A stretch of 64,000 bases of DNA from Candidatus Eiseniibacteriota bacterium (GTDB lineage: Bacteria; Eisenbacteria; RBG-16-71-46; JABDJR01): the NCBI GenBank assembly GCA_963783375.1, contig CAWANH010000029.1, positions 992,001-1,056,000 on the forward strand, in the 5' to 3' direction. Below, one piece after another: positions 21,945 through 32,600 of this stretch (the stretch's first letter is position 1; the number at the start of each line of letters is the position of its first letter). The notes beneath the pieces were generated by a model. The model searched no databases. It worked only from the letters and a program-made list of their open reading frames with translations, and was not told the origin of the DNA. The position numbers were made by a program, and so were the translations under genes.

Positions 21945-23404
21945 CCGAGGCGGCGGGGTGGCTGGGGCCGCTGGCGGTATGGGTGTCGGTCACCCTGGGG
22001 GGCCGGGGGTTCCTGAACGCGCTCGGCCTCCGCTGGTGTCGCGCGGGTAGCTGGGGTGCCGCTTTTCTCCTCGGCTTCACCCTCCTCACCGGATTCATCT
22101 ACGCCGGAGCGATTGTCGGCGTCCCGGTGGGCGTGCCTCTCATCCTCACCGCGGCGGGAGCGGTGACCGTGGGAGGGCTTTTCGCCGCGCGCCGCCGCGA
22201 GGTTCCCGCGCCGACCTTCCCTCCCTGGACACCTGCGGAATGGATCCTCGCCGGCGCGCTCGGCGTTCTCGCCCTGGTGATCGCGCAGAACGCGCTTTAC
22301 TTCCCGGTCCTGGCCACCGACGCCCACTCCTATACGGGACGCGCCCTCTATCTGCTCCACGACCGGACCCTGAACCTCGCCCTGTATCACTGGCCGGGGA
22401 CGGGGGGGATCGCGGACACCAATATCGCCTACCCGCCGCTCATGAGCCTGGGCTTCGCGGTCACCTACGCCCTGGAAGGCTGGCAACCCAAGATCGTCAC
22501 CTTGTTCTTTGCTCTCGCCTGGCCGCTGGTGACCTTCGGGGTTCTACGCGCGCTCCTCCCCCGCTTCGCCGCCCTGGTATGGACCCTGGTCCTGACCTTG
22601 ACCCCCGAGCTCCTGGCGCACACCTCTCTCGCGCTCCTCAACCTCCCGGCCATGGCCCTGGCCACCGGGGAGGCGGCGGCGCTGGCCCGCTTCCTCGCCA
22701 CCGGCCGGCGGGGTTGGCTTTTCCCCGCCGGGGCGCTGGCCGCGGGAGCCGCCGGCGTCCGGCCGGACGCGATCGTGGTGCACGCCGCCCTCGGTCTCGC
22801 CGCACTGTTGATCCTTCTCGTCCATCGCGACCGGCGGGTCCTTCGCCGCGCGCTTCCCGGCCTGGTCCTGGTCGGGGCGGCCCCGCTCCTCACCTGGGGG
22901 AGCTGGACCGCCTACCTGGCCGGGGTGGTCGGCGTCGAGAGTCTGGGACCGGTCGCCCGGGGGACCACGATCGGGCTTCCCGAAGTGCTCCGCCACCTGG
23001 GCCGGCTTCTGGTGAACTGGCCCGCCTTCGGGGTCACGTTCCTGCTCTGGCTCGCAACCCTTCCCTTCTCCTTCACCCGCGCCGGGACCGAGGCCCGGTT
23101 CTACCGGGTGGCCGCCCCCCTGGTTCTTCTCGCCCTGGTGAGCGTGTTCAGTTCTCTCGACCGAAGCTTCGGCGGCGGCCCCGCCGACGTCCTGACCTCA
23201 TCCTTCAAGCGGGCGCTGTTCTACGTCGTCCCCCTGGCCGGGCTCGCCGCGGCGCTCACCCCGCCCTGGAGCCTCCTCGCCCGCCGGGGTTACGGCTGGG
23301 TGCACCTCGATCTGCGGGACGTCGGGCCGGCCGCCCCCGGGAGGGGGACCGCCGTCCCGGCTCACCGCCCCCGCTTGTCCGGCCGGCGGCGGGCCTCGAG
23401 ATGA
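21941..23404 (+). CDS. Polytopic membrane protein, probable GT-C glycosyltransferase
   Basis: Many TMs; P..ATDA..Y..RA loop and YPPL motif as in ArnT-like GT-C proteins. Confidence 0.6.
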   Translation: MTEAAGWLGPLAVWVSVTLGGRGFLNALGLRWCRAGSWGAAFLLGFTLLTGFIYAGAIVGVPVGVPLILTAAGAVTVGGLFAARRREVPAPTFPPWTPAEWILAGALGVLALVIAQNALYFPVLATDAHSYTGRALYLLHDRTLNLALYHWPGTGGIADTNIAYPPLMSLGFAVTYALEGWQPKIVTLFFALAWPLVTFGVLRALLPRFAALVWTLVLTLTPELLAHTSLALLNLPAMALATGEAAALARFLATGRRGWLFPAGALAAGAAGVRPDAIVVHAALGLAALLILLVHRDRRVLRRALPGLVLVGAAPLLTWGSWTAYLAGVVGVESLGPVARGTTIGLPEVLRHLGRLLVNWPAFGVTFLLWLATLPFSFTRAGTEARFYRVAAPLVLLALVSVFSSLDRSFGGGPADVLTSSFKRALFYVVPLAGLAAALTPPWSLLARRGYGWVHLDLRDVGPAAPGRGTAVPAHRPRLSGRRRASR

Positions 23405-24441
23405 ATCCGGCGCCACCGCTTCCGCTCGGCCAGCCGAAGCCGGACGTCGGACCGGGCGGCCTCGTGGCGGACCTCACGCTGAAGCTTCCGGTAGGCGGCG
23501 AAGCGATCCGGGGATAGGGCGCCCGCGCGCACGGCCTCGCGCACCGCGCATCCCGGTTCGGCGTCGTGGCCGCAGTCCCGAAAACGGCAATCGGCGGCGA
23601 ACCCCTCCACGTCCTCGAACACCCGGCCCAGACCCTCCTCACCCTCCCACATGATGACCGTGCGCATCCCCGGAGTGTCCACCAGCATGCCTCCCCCGGG
23701 CAGCACGATCAGGCGCCGGGCGGTGGTGGTGTGCCGGCCGCGGTCATCCTCCCGGATCTCCCGGACCGTAAGAATCTCCCGGCCGGCCAGGCGGTTGACG
23801 ATTGTCGACTTGCCCACGCCGGAGGAGCCGACCAGCGCCACCGTGCGACCGGTCCCGAGGTAGGGTTCGAGCGCGCGAAGCCCCTTCGGTTCCCGGGCGG
23901 TCACCGGCAGGACCGCCACCCCCGGAGCCGCCTCCTCCATCGCGGCCACGATCGATTCGGGATCCGGACAGAGGTCCGCCTTGCTGAGGACGACCACCGG
24001 TATCGCCCCGCTTTCCCATAGGAGCGCCAGGTACCGCTCCATCCGCCGTGGATTCAGATCGTGGTTCAGGGACTGGACCAGGAACACGGTGTCCGCGTTG
24101 GCCGCGATCACCTGCTCCGCGGCCCGCCGCCCGGCCTCCTTTCGCGAGAACGCGCTCCGCCGGGCCAGGACCCGGCGGATCAGCGCGGTCCCACGATCCG
24201 GCCCTCCCTCGGGGAGCCGGGCCAGCACCCAGTCCCCGACCACCGGGCGCCCGGCGGCGGCGTCCAGCTCGTGGATCAGGCGCCCGGCCGGTTCGGCGAA
24301 CCACTCCGAGCCCGTCCCGTCGAGGATGCGGTAGCTCCCACGTTGCTCCTCCACCACCCGCGCGGGGGCCCATTCCCGGTCTTCCGGGGTCATTTGGTGT
24401 TCGAAAAAGGGACTCCATCCCAGGGATTCAAGACCGTTCAC
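23362..24441 (-). CDS. rsgA: Ribosome small subunit-dependent GTPase A
   Basis: VVGDWV, IAANAD, SKADL, GSSGVGKST, GRHTTT, DTPGMR, CRFRDCGH..EPGC; GTG 24441 after SD GGAGG. Confidence 0.94.
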   Translation of the reverse strand: MNGLESLGWSPFFEHQMTPEDREWAPARVVEEQRGSYRILDGTGSEWFAEPAGRLIHELDAAAGRPVVGDWVLARLPEGGPDRGTALIRRVLARRSAFSRKEAGRRAAEQVIAANADTVFLVQSLNHDLNPRRMERYLALLWESGAIPVVVLSKADLCPDPESIVAAMEEAAPGVAVLPVTAREPKGLRALEPYLGTGRTVALVGSSGVGKSTIVNRLAGREILTVREIREDDRGRHTTTARRLIVLPGGGMLVDTPGMRTVIMWEGEEGLGRVFEDVEGFAADCRFRDCGHDAEPGCAVREAVRAGALSPDRFAAYRKLQREVRHEAARSDVRLRLAERKRWRRIHLEARRRPDKRGR

Positions 24442-24639
24442 CTTCGTCCTCCGGTGTACGTGGCCGATGACGGCCCGGGCCGGCGCCGGCGCTTCAGGGA
24501 AGACGCGCGGCCGCGTCACCGCGGATCGGCGGCGACGGGAATCCGGCTCGGGATTCAGCGAGGTGCAGGAGGAGCCGGCCCGCGGATGGGCCGGTGAACG
24601 AAGCTCCAGGGCGCGGCGAGCGCGACCCGGGTCAGCTTC

Positions 24640-24684
24640 TCAGCGGCCGGCGGGGGCTCCCCCGAACGCAACGGCGGTGGTCAT
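24640..24684 (-). CDS. Putative leader peptide MTTAVAFGGAPAGR upstream of rsgA
   Basis: SD GGAGGAA 6 nt before ATG, 14 codons then TGA, followed by several hairpins. Confidence 0.5.
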   Translation of the reverse strand: MTTAVAFGGAPAGR

Positions 24685-24749
24685 GCGGCATTCCTCCATC
24701 GGTTGGGGGGAGAAGATCGGCCCGGGCAAGCGCCCGACCCTGAGGCCGT

Positions 24750-24779
24750 ACGATAGCCGATCCGGATCCCCGGAGTCCA
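24750..24779 (-). promoter_or_regulatory. Putative promoter for the leader/rsgA transcript
   Basis: TGGACT-18nt-TATCGT. Confidence 0.4.
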
Positions 24780-24936
24780 CCCCGACTTCGATCCCCTTGG
24801 GGAGCGCGGCCGGGCGGAGTACACTCGGCGGTTCCTTCTCCGGCGCCCCCAGGGGGACGCCGGGAGGCGACGCCCGTCGGACGGAGGTCCGGTCCGGGAC
24901 CGACCCGATCGACGACTGCCCAGGAGACCCCCCAAC

Positions 24937-26376
24937 GTGAACGCCTACCCGGTCAAGAAAGGCCAGACCCTCCCCCTCGTGATCGAACGGCTCGCCTTCG
25001 GCGGGAAGGGCGTAGCCCGGGTGGAGGGCTACGCGGTGTTCGTGGAGGGGGGGCTCCCCGGCCAGGAGGTCCTGGCCACGGTGGTGAAGCGGAAGCGCGC
25101 CTACGCCGAGGCGCGGATCGAGCGGGAGATCGCTCCCGCCCCGGATCAGGTGACCCCGCGATGCGAGCATTTCGGGGTGTGCGGCGGGTGCGTGCTCCAG
25201 CACCTGAGTTACGAGGCCCAGCTCGAAGCCAAGCGGGGCCACGTGCGGGACGCGCTGGTCCGCCTCGGCGGCTTCCCCGAGGGCACGCCGGCGGTCGAGC
25301 CCACCCTTCCCTCCCCCGATCCGTTCGAGTACCGGAACAAGATGGAGTTCTCGTTCTCCCCGACCCGCTGGCTCACGAGCGACGAACTCGGCACCGAGGC
25401 GGCGGAAACCGACCGGTTCGGGCTGGGCCTCCACGTGCGCCGGCGGTTCGACCGGGTGGTGAACGTGAACCGCTGCCACCTCGTCCCGGAACCGGCCTCG
25501 GAGATCCTCCGACGGGTTCGGGAGGTCTCGCGCCGGAGCGACCTTCCCCCCTATTCCACCCGCACCCACACCGGATTCTGGCGCTTCCTGGTCCTCAGGG
25601 ACGGCGTCAACACCGGAGAGCGCATGGCGCACATCATCACCCACCAGGCTCCGCCGGGCTCACCGCGCGCCCGGGCGGTGGAGGCGGTCGCCGACGCGCT
25701 GGCCGCCCCCGAGTTCGGGATCACCAGCCTGTTGCACGGGACCACCACCCGCAAGGCCTCGGTGGCCTTCTGCGAGGAAGTCCGCCCTCTCCGCGGCGAG
25801 CCGGTGATCACCGAACGCCTCCTGGGGGAGACTTTCGAGATCGGTCCCAACACCTTCTTCCAGACCAACACCCGGGGGGCGGAAGCGCTCTTTCGCCAGG
25901 CCCTGGATCGCGGCGCGTTCACCCCCGAGGACACGGTGTGGGACCTCTACTGCGGGGTGGGGGCGCTGAGCCTCCCCCTGGCCCGGAAGGTGCGCCGGGT
26001 GGTGGGGATGGAACTGGTGGTGGAGTCGGTGGCGGCGGCGCGGCGGAACGCGAAACGGAACGGGGTCGAAAATGCCGAGTTCCTGGTCGGGGACATTCGC
26101 GCCCTCCTCGCCGATCCCGAGCTTCGGCGAACCCTGGCCCCCGACGCGGTGGTCCTGGATCCGCCCCGGGAGGGGATCCACGCCGACGTGGCGGCGGCGC
26201 TGATCGATCTCGCTCCGGGCCGGATCGTCTACGTCTCATGCAATCCGGCCACCCTGGCCCGGGACCTGGCCCTCTTCGCCGCCGGCGGCTACCGGCCGGA
26301 GCCGGTCCTCCCGGTGGACATGTTCCCCCACACCGCTCACGTGGAATGCGTGACCGCGCTCCGGAGAGCCACATGA
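24937..26376 (+). CDS. rlmD: 23S rRNA (uracil1939-C5)-methyltransferase
   Basis: TRAM N-terminus, CEHFGVCGGC, YRNKMEF, FFQTN, DLYCGVG, LDPPREG, YVSCNPATLARD, VDMFPHTAHVE. Confidence 0.94.
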   Translation: MNAYPVKKGQTLPLVIERLAFGGKGVARVEGYAVFVEGGLPGQEVLATVVKRKRAYAEARIEREIAPAPDQVTPRCEHFGVCGGCVLQHLSYEAQLEAKRGHVRDALVRLGGFPEGTPAVEPTLPSPDPFEYRNKMEFSFSPTRWLTSDELGTEAAETDRFGLGLHVRRRFDRVVNVNRCHLVPEPASEILRRVREVSRRSDLPPYSTRTHTGFWRFLVLRDGVNTGERMAHIITHQAPPGSPRARAVEAVADALAAPEFGITSLLHGTTTRKASVAFCEEVRPLRGEPVITERLLGETFEIGPNTFFQTNTRGAEALFRQALDRGAFTPEDTVWDLYCGVGALSLPLARKVRRVVGMELVVESVAAARRNAKRNGVENAEFLVGDIRALLADPELRRTLAPDAVVLDPPREGIHADVAAALIDLAPGRIVYVSCNPATLARDLALFAAGGYRPEPVLPVDMFPHTAHVECVTALRRAT

Positions 26377-27266
26377 CCCCCCTCCCCACGATCCGGCCGG
26401 CCCGGTCGGGCGACCTCGGCGAGGTGAGCCGGCTGGTCGGACGGTTGAACGCGCTCCCCGAGCAACGCTCTCTCATGCTGGACGAGACGGTGGACGGGGT
26501 CCGGAAGAACCTCGAGGAGTTCGACGACCCCTGGGAGTCCCGCTTCGTGGTCTCGGAGATCGGGTCGGGGATCACGGGCGCCGCCGGCGCGGAGTGGACC
26601 CTCGCCAATCGCCGGGGCCGGCTGTTCGGACCCTTCGTGGAGGCCGAACCCGCGGGCCCGGCGTTCGGAGGCCTCCTCACCGCAGCGGTGGCCCTGATTC
26701 CCCCGGGGATCGACACCCTGGACGCCTTCATCGATCACGCCGCGGTGATCGCCCGCCGAGGCCTCGAAGCCGGCGCGTTCGAGGAGATCCGGCGGGTGCT
26801 GATCTACACCGCGCCACTCCCCGGCCGGAACCCCACCCCCGTCGAGCCCGGCCGCGATCTTTCCCCCGAACACGAGAAAGCGTTCCTCGAACTCCACCGG
26901 CTCTGCTTTCCCGATTCCTACACCGAGGGACGAACGCTTCTGGCCTCACGGGACGAGCGGAGCCGGATCCTCATGGCCACCGAGGGTCCGCGCCTCAGCG
27001 GCTACCTGGCCGCGAACCTGGAGGAAGGGCCGAGCGAGGGGTTCGTGCAGTACCTGGGGGTGGCGCCGGATCTCCGCGGGAGGGGCCTCGGCCGACGGTT
27101 GTTGGCGCAGTCGCTTCGATGGTTCCGGGAGACCGGCATGCCCCAGGCCTCCCTCACCGTGGAGGACAAGAACACCGGGGCCCGCGGCCTTTACGAGAGC
27201 GTGGGGTTCTCGGTGTTCCGGAGCGGGGTGGTGCTCCGGAAGGATCTCGCCGCCGCGACTCCCTGA
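26373..27266 (+). CDS. Tandem GNAT acetyltransferase
   Basis: LGVAPDLRGRGLG, N..ARGLYESVGF; ATGA overlap with rlmD. Confidence 0.82.
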   Translation: MTPLPTIRPARSGDLGEVSRLVGRLNALPEQRSLMLDETVDGVRKNLEEFDDPWESRFVVSEIGSGITGAAGAEWTLANRRGRLFGPFVEAEPAGPAFGGLLTAAVALIPPGIDTLDAFIDHAAVIARRGLEAGAFEEIRRVLIYTAPLPGRNPTPVEPGRDLSPEHEKAFLELHRLCFPDSYTEGRTLLASRDERSRILMATEGPRLSGYLAANLEEGPSEGFVQYLGVAPDLRGRGLGRRLLAQSLRWFRETGMPQASLTVEDKNTGARGLYESVGFSVFRSGVVLRKDLAAATP

Positions 27267-27303
27267 GGCCGACCCGCGCGCCGGGCGGGTTCAAGGCGGG
27301 GGG

Positions 27304-28080
27304 TCACGATTTGGCGGCGCGCTCCCATACCAGCCGGATCCCGTTCACGGTCAGGGATTCGTCCACTGCGGTGATGGTCTCCGAGGCCTCGGCAATGGCG
27401 GTCGCCAGCCCCCCGGTCGCCACCACCGGGAGCCCCGGTGCCAAACCCATCTCCTTCACCACCGCCCGCACCAGCGCGTCCACGCCCCCCACCGCCCCGT
27501 AGAAGATCCCCGCCTGCATGCTCTCCTCGGTGGTGCGGCCCACCACGTGGGCCGGACGCTTGATCTCCACCCGGGCCAGGCGCGCGCCGTGGGAGAACAG
27601 GGCGTTGGCCCCGGTGGAGATCCCCGGGGCGATCACCCCCCCGGCGTACTCCCGGTTCGCGGTAATCACGTCGAGGGTGGTGGCGGTGCCGAGATCCACG
27701 ACGATGGATGGCGCGCCGTACCCCGCGATGACCGCGACCGCGTTCACCAGGCGGTCGGCCCCCACCGAGGCGCGATCGTGATAGAGGATGGGAAGGTCGG
27801 GGACCGCCCGGTGGTCGATCACCATGGCCTCCCGGTCGAACAGCCGGCGGGCCAGGACGCGATACTCGGGGGTGAGTCCGGGCACCACCGAGGACACCGC
27901 CATCCCGGTGATCTCCCGCTCCTCGGCGCCCACGCTGCTCAGGAGATAGTGGAAGAGCACCGAAAGCTCGTCCCCGGTCTGGCGGGGGGAACTGGTGAGC
28001 CGCCAGTGATGCTTCAGGGTCTCCCCCTCGAAAAGGGCGACCAGGGTTTCGGAGTTTCCGACGTCGACGGCCAACAACAT
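27304..28080 (-). CDS. coaX: Type III pantothenate kinase
   Basis: LAVDVGNS, SSVVP, VGADR, VDLGTATT, GGVIAPG, ATGG. Confidence 0.94.
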   Translation of the reverse strand: MLLAVDVGNSETLVALFEGETLKHHWRLTSSPRQTGDELSVLFHYLLSSVGAEEREITGMAVSSVVPGLTPEYRVLARRLFDREAMVIDHRAVPDLPILYHDRASVGADRLVNAVAVIAGYGAPSIVVDLGTATTLDVITANREYAGGVIAPGISTGANALFSHGARLARVEIKRPAHVVGRTTEESMQAGIFYGAVGGVDALVRAVVKEMGLAPGLPVVATGGLATAIAEASETITAVDESLTVNGIRLVWERAAKS

Positions 28081-28105
28081 GGTCTTTTCCTTTCCGGCCT
28101 CGGGA

Positions 28106-28930
28106 TCAGTCCTCGGGAGCCTCGGGTTCCGCCGGCTCCCCGGCCTCGCGCTCCCGGCGCCGTTCCTCCCGCTCCTCCCGGGCTCGAGTGGCGCGCTTTC
28201 CCTTGTAGACCGTGGACGAGACGATGAAGCTCAGGACGAGGAGGATCAGCAGAGGGATGGCCAGGGCGATCTGCGATATCGGGTCCGCCGGGGTCAGCAC
28301 CGCGGAGGTGATGAAGATGACCACCACCGAATGGCGCCAGAAGCGCTTGAAGAACGACGGGTTCAGGACGCCGATCGAGGTGAGGAACGCGGAGAAGAGC
28401 GGGAGCTGGAAGATCAGCCCGCAGGCCAACCCCATGGCGAACACCATGTCCAGGAGGGAACCCACCTCGATCTGGGGGGCCAGGTTCAGGGTGCCGAAGC
28501 CGATCAGCACCCTCACCATGAGCGGGGTCATGATGAAGTAGGAGAAGCTGATCCCCACGTAGAACAGCAGCACAGAGGAGACCACCCCGGGCAGCACCAC
28601 CTTGCGCTCCCGGTCCAGGAGACCCGGCCCCACGAAGCTCCAGATCTTCCAGAAGATGTACGGCAGGGTGAGAATGATGCCGAGGATGATGGCGACCTTG
28701 AGCCGGGCGAGGAAGGCCCCCTGGGGTTTGAGGAACACCGCCTTCGTGGTGGTGGAGTTGATGAGCCAGGTGAGGATGCGCCCCGAGAAGGACCAGGCCA
28801 GCGCCCCTCCCACCGCGACGGCAATGATGACGCGGATCAGGGTCTGCCGGAGTTCCTCCAGGTGCTGGAGGAAGGGCATGACCCTCTCATCCTGGGAGTC
28901 GCCGATCCGGTCGGGGGAATCCACGGGCAA
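28106..28930 (-). CDS. tatC: Twin-arginine translocase subunit TatC
   Basis: MPFLQHLEELR, WSFVGPGL...E, FQLP, LTPADPISQ. Confidence 0.94.
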   Translation of the reverse strand: MPVDSPDRIGDSQDERVMPFLQHLEELRQTLIRVIIAVAVGGALAWSFSGRILTWLINSTTTKAVFLKPQGAFLARLKVAIILGIILTLPYIFWKIWSFVGPGLLDRERKVVLPGVVSSVLLFYVGISFSYFIMTPLMVRVLIGFGTLNLAPQIEVGSLLDMVFAMGLACGLIFQLPLFSAFLTSIGVLNPSFFKRFWRHSVVVIFITSAVLTPADPISQIALAIPLLILLVLSFIVSSTVYKGKRATRAREEREERRREREAGEPAEPEAPED

Positions 28931-28935
28931 GGGAG

Positions 28936-29415
28936 CTACTCTCGGGATCGCGGCGGCTTCGGCTCACCGGCGCCCAGCCCCTGGATCTCGTCGAGAAACT
29001 GATTGACGTCCTTGAACTGCCGGTAGACCGACGCGAACCGGACGTAGGCAACCTCGTCGAGACCCTGCAGCTCTTCCATCACCCGCTCCCCGATCAGCTT
29101 GCTCGGGACCTCGCCCGGGGCCCGGCGCTGGATCTCGGTCTCGATCCGGTCCACCATCTCCTCGATCTGGGTGAGGGAAATCGGCCGCTTCTCGCAGGCC
29201 CGGGAGATCCCGGCGATGATCTTCTCGCGGCTGAAAGTCTCCCGCTTCCCGTCCCGCTTCACCACCACCATGCTGGCGTTTTCCACGTACTCATAGGTGG
29301 TGAACCGGTTTCCGCACCCGATGCACTCCCGGCGCCGGCGGATGGCTCGGCCTTCCTTGGTGGACCTGGAGTCGATGACGCGGTCCTCGAGGTGGCCGCA
29401 TTTCGGACAGCGCAT
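28936..29415 (-). CDS. nrdR: Transcriptional repressor NrdR
   Basis: MRCPKC..VIDSR..IRRRRECIGC..RFTTYE zinc ribbon, ATP-cone VVKRDG, VAYVRFASVY. Confidence 0.97.
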   Translation of the reverse strand: MRCPKCGHLEDRVIDSRSTKEGRAIRRRRECIGCGNRFTTYEYVENASMVVVKRDGKRETFSREKIIAGISRACEKRPISLTQIEEMVDRIETEIQRRAPGEVPSKLIGERVMEELQGLDEVAYVRFASVYRQFKDVNQFLDEIQGLGAGEPKPPRSRE

Positions 29416-29438
29416 GGCTTCCCCCCTCGCTCCCGGGA

Positions 29439-29485
29439 GCGCAGGATCTCGTGGGAGGTGGGATGCTACCCGCCATATCTGGGGC
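29439..29485. promoter_or_regulatory. Tandem NrdR boxes upstream of nrdR
   Basis: GCGCAGGATCTCGTGG (29439-29454) and CCGCCATATCTGGGGC (29470-29485), 31 bp apart, resembling acaCwAtATaTwGtgt. Confidence 0.7.
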
Positions 29486-29491
29486 TGTCAA
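29463..29491 (-). promoter_or_regulatory. Sigma70-type promoter of nrdR-tatC-coaX
   Basis: TTGACA-17nt-TAGCAT; one NrdR box fills the spacer. Confidence 0.7.
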
Positions 29492-29661
29492 CGCGTCCCG
29501 ACGGCCCGCCGCTTGGCAAAACGGACGCTTCTGGTAGGTTTAGGGCTCAACTTCCCGCCGTGACCACCGACCCTATCGCCTCAGCATCCCAGGAGAATCC
29601 GGTTCCGGCCGATTCGCGAGCCCCCGCGGCGCGGTTTTCACAGGATGCCGGAACGAGCACC

Positions 29662-32600
29662 ATGAAGCTTGGACGGCTCTCCCTCCTCATAGTTCTCCTC
29701 TCGGCCGGGATCCCCGCGCCACCCGGCGGGCTGCCGCCTCCACCCCGGTTCCGTACTGGGACCTCTCCCGCGACTGGAACCCGGGCCAGATCACCTTCTT
29801 CAACCCGGACAGCCTGGACGGCCAGAATGGCGTTCCGGTCAAGGCGGCGGATCTGAACGGGGACGGCCGGGACGAGGTGGCGGTGAGCGCCTTCAACGGC
29901 GACGGCCCCAGGCGGCGCCATCCGGGAGTCGGCGGGCGAGATCCACGTGTTCTTCTGGGACGGGTCCCGTTCGGCTTCGCGGTGGATTTCGCCCGCGCCG
30001 ACCCCCGGGTCCTGGAGATCTTGGACCCGGACCGGGGGTACCTCGGCAACGCCCTCGGGACGTGGACGTGGACGGGGACGGCAGCGGGGACCTGCTGGTC
30101 GGAGCCTTCGGCGCCGGCGCCGCCGACGGCCGCATCCACGCCGGGCGGGTCTACGTGCTCTTCGGGGACTCGACCCTGGCCGGGGGGCGGACGGTGGACC
30201 TGGCCGACAGCCTTCCCCCCGACATGACCACCATCCTCGGCGCCGCCACCGACGACCGGCTGGGGGTCTGGGTCTCCGGCGGCGACGTGAACGGCGACGG
30301 GTCCACCGACCTGGTCCTGGGCGCGGACCGGGACGACGGGATCGGCGGGACCAAGCCCCAGGTGGGGAAGGTGGTGGTGCTCTACGGACCCATCCCCCGC
30401 GGGGTGCAGATCGACCTCGCCGACCCCTCCTGGCCCCGCACCACCATCTGGGGAGTCGACACCGAGGACCACTTCGGCGCCACCACCGCCTGCGGAGACA
30501 TGGACGGCGACGGCCGGGCGGAGGTGATGGGGGCGGCCGCCTCCGACCACCTCTCGCGCAACACCTACGACACCGGGGGGTCCGGCGACGGCCCCCCTCA
30601 ACTACCGGCCCGACGCCGGCGAGACCTGGATCGTGTGGGGGGGCCCCGGACCTCCCCGACACCGTGGACCTGGCCGATCCTCCGGCCGGTGTGTCCCTGA
30701 CCGCGATCTACGGACGGGTGCGGGGGGCCCACTGCGGCGAGGAGCTGAACCTGGGGGACGTGAACGGCGACGGGCTCCCCGATCTCCTCGTCGGCTCCCT
30801 GACCACCGACGGTCCCCCCGGCGACTATCGCCGAACGGGGGCGAGGGATACGTCTTCTACGGCGGGTCCGCCCTCGGGACACCCTGCTGGACATGGCCTC
30901 CACCGCCTTCCCCCATCTGACCATCTACGGGAAGAACGGCTCCATCGCCACCGACTCCTTCAACGCCGGGGACGTGAACGGGGACGGGATCGACGACCTG
31001 CTGGTGGGGATGCCCCACGACCCGGGCCCCGCGGGACGAAGGCGGGCACCCTGGCCGTCATCTACGGCGGGCCTTCCCTGCCCGCGGTGATCGACCTGCC
31101 GATCCCCTCCCAGTCCGGCACCCTGATCGAGGGGGCGGATCCGGACGACGACACCGCCTACTGGGCCTACGCCGGGGACGTGGACGGGGACGGTACGAGG
31201 ACGCGATCACCAACGCCATGTCCGGGGACGGCCGGCGGAACAGCCGGCCCGTGGCCGGCGACGCCCGGCGTGGTCGGGGCGCCTGGCTCACCCGGCACCC
31301 CGCCCCCCCCTCCGGACCTGCGGGCCGCGGCGGAACCGGGCGGGGTGGCGGTCCGGCTGAGCGCCCTCCCCCACCCCGGAGACCACCGGCTACCGGGTCT
31401 CCGGGCGCGGACGGACCCTCACCCCAACCGGGGCCGTCCTGACGGGCCGGGCCCTGGTGCCCGCTCCCCCGCCGGGCGCACCACCGGTACCCGCGGTGCA
31501 GGCGGACGGGGGCCCGGGAGCCGCACCTCCGACCCGGCGCCGCGAGCCGGGACCACCCTCCGGGCGGTCCGCCGCGGGCGGAACCGAGTGGTCGACCTCA
31601 CCTGGGAGGCCCCCCCGACCTGATCGGCTACCGCCTGTACCGGGTCAGAGGTCGACGAGGCGGACCAGACCCCCCTGCCGACGGCCAAGATCTCGTCACC
31701 CCGGAGATCCTCACCGGGACCGCGCCCGGGACACCGCGGCGCCGGCCTTCCGCGACCTCAGTCCGGGTGACCCGGGAGGGGCCTGTTAAGTCCCCTCGAT
31801 GCGGCGGACTATTCACCCGGCCCGACTCGACCGGACCGGGACTGCTGGTGGTCAACGACTACAACTGGACGACCTACTCGGACGGCCCCTCCCCACTACC
31901 GGGGGACCCCTACGAGATCTACGCTTCCCGCGCGCTGACCGGGAGCGCGGATTTCGACTTCTGGGACATGCGGAAGGGCTGGACCTACCCCCCGGCTACG
32001 TCCCGCTGGGACGGGAAGTCGACCCCGACGTCCTCTTCGCCCACGGGGCGGTCCTCTGGTGCGGCCAACGGGCTGGATTCCTCCGAGGACGAGCGGATCA
32101 AGGACCTGGCCGACCTCCTCGCCGGCTTCCATGAGGCCGGGGGCGGGATCATCCTCGCGGGATGGTTGATGAACTTCTACCTTCCCCCGAAGATCCAGCA
32201 GGTCCTGAACGTCGTCGACTGGGACCGGCCGGTCAGCGTCACTCCGACGCGCCTGCTCTCCCCCCAGCTCCCGGGACTCACGCCCATCGGCCCCGCCCCC
32301 GACGTCTCCTCCGCGTTCAACTGCGCGGTGCCGGTGTTCGGCCCCGGCGGGGGGATCTATACCTACTACCGGCTGGGTTCCGAACCCAGCCTCCCCTGTG
32401 CTTCGGCTCCACCGACTCCACCGGGGCCCAGATCGTGGTGCTCTCCGCCGGCCCGTCCTATCTCGATCCGGTCGCGCTGAGCCAGAACATGTCCCGCATC
32501 CTCGCGACCCTCGGCCTCGATCCCGGGGTGATCGGGGTGCCGGACGGGGAGCCCCGAGGCCCACCCTCAGCCCGGCGTTCCCCAATCCCTCTCACGGAAC

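Noticed and set aside
23362-23404. Convergent overlap of rsgA and the GT-C-like gene
   Set aside because: Short 3' overlaps are common in GC-rich genomes, and there is no sign of function.
29513-29530. Sigma54-like TGGCA...GC upstream of the FG-GAP gene
   Set aside because: The -12 element lacks TTGC; evidence is too weak.
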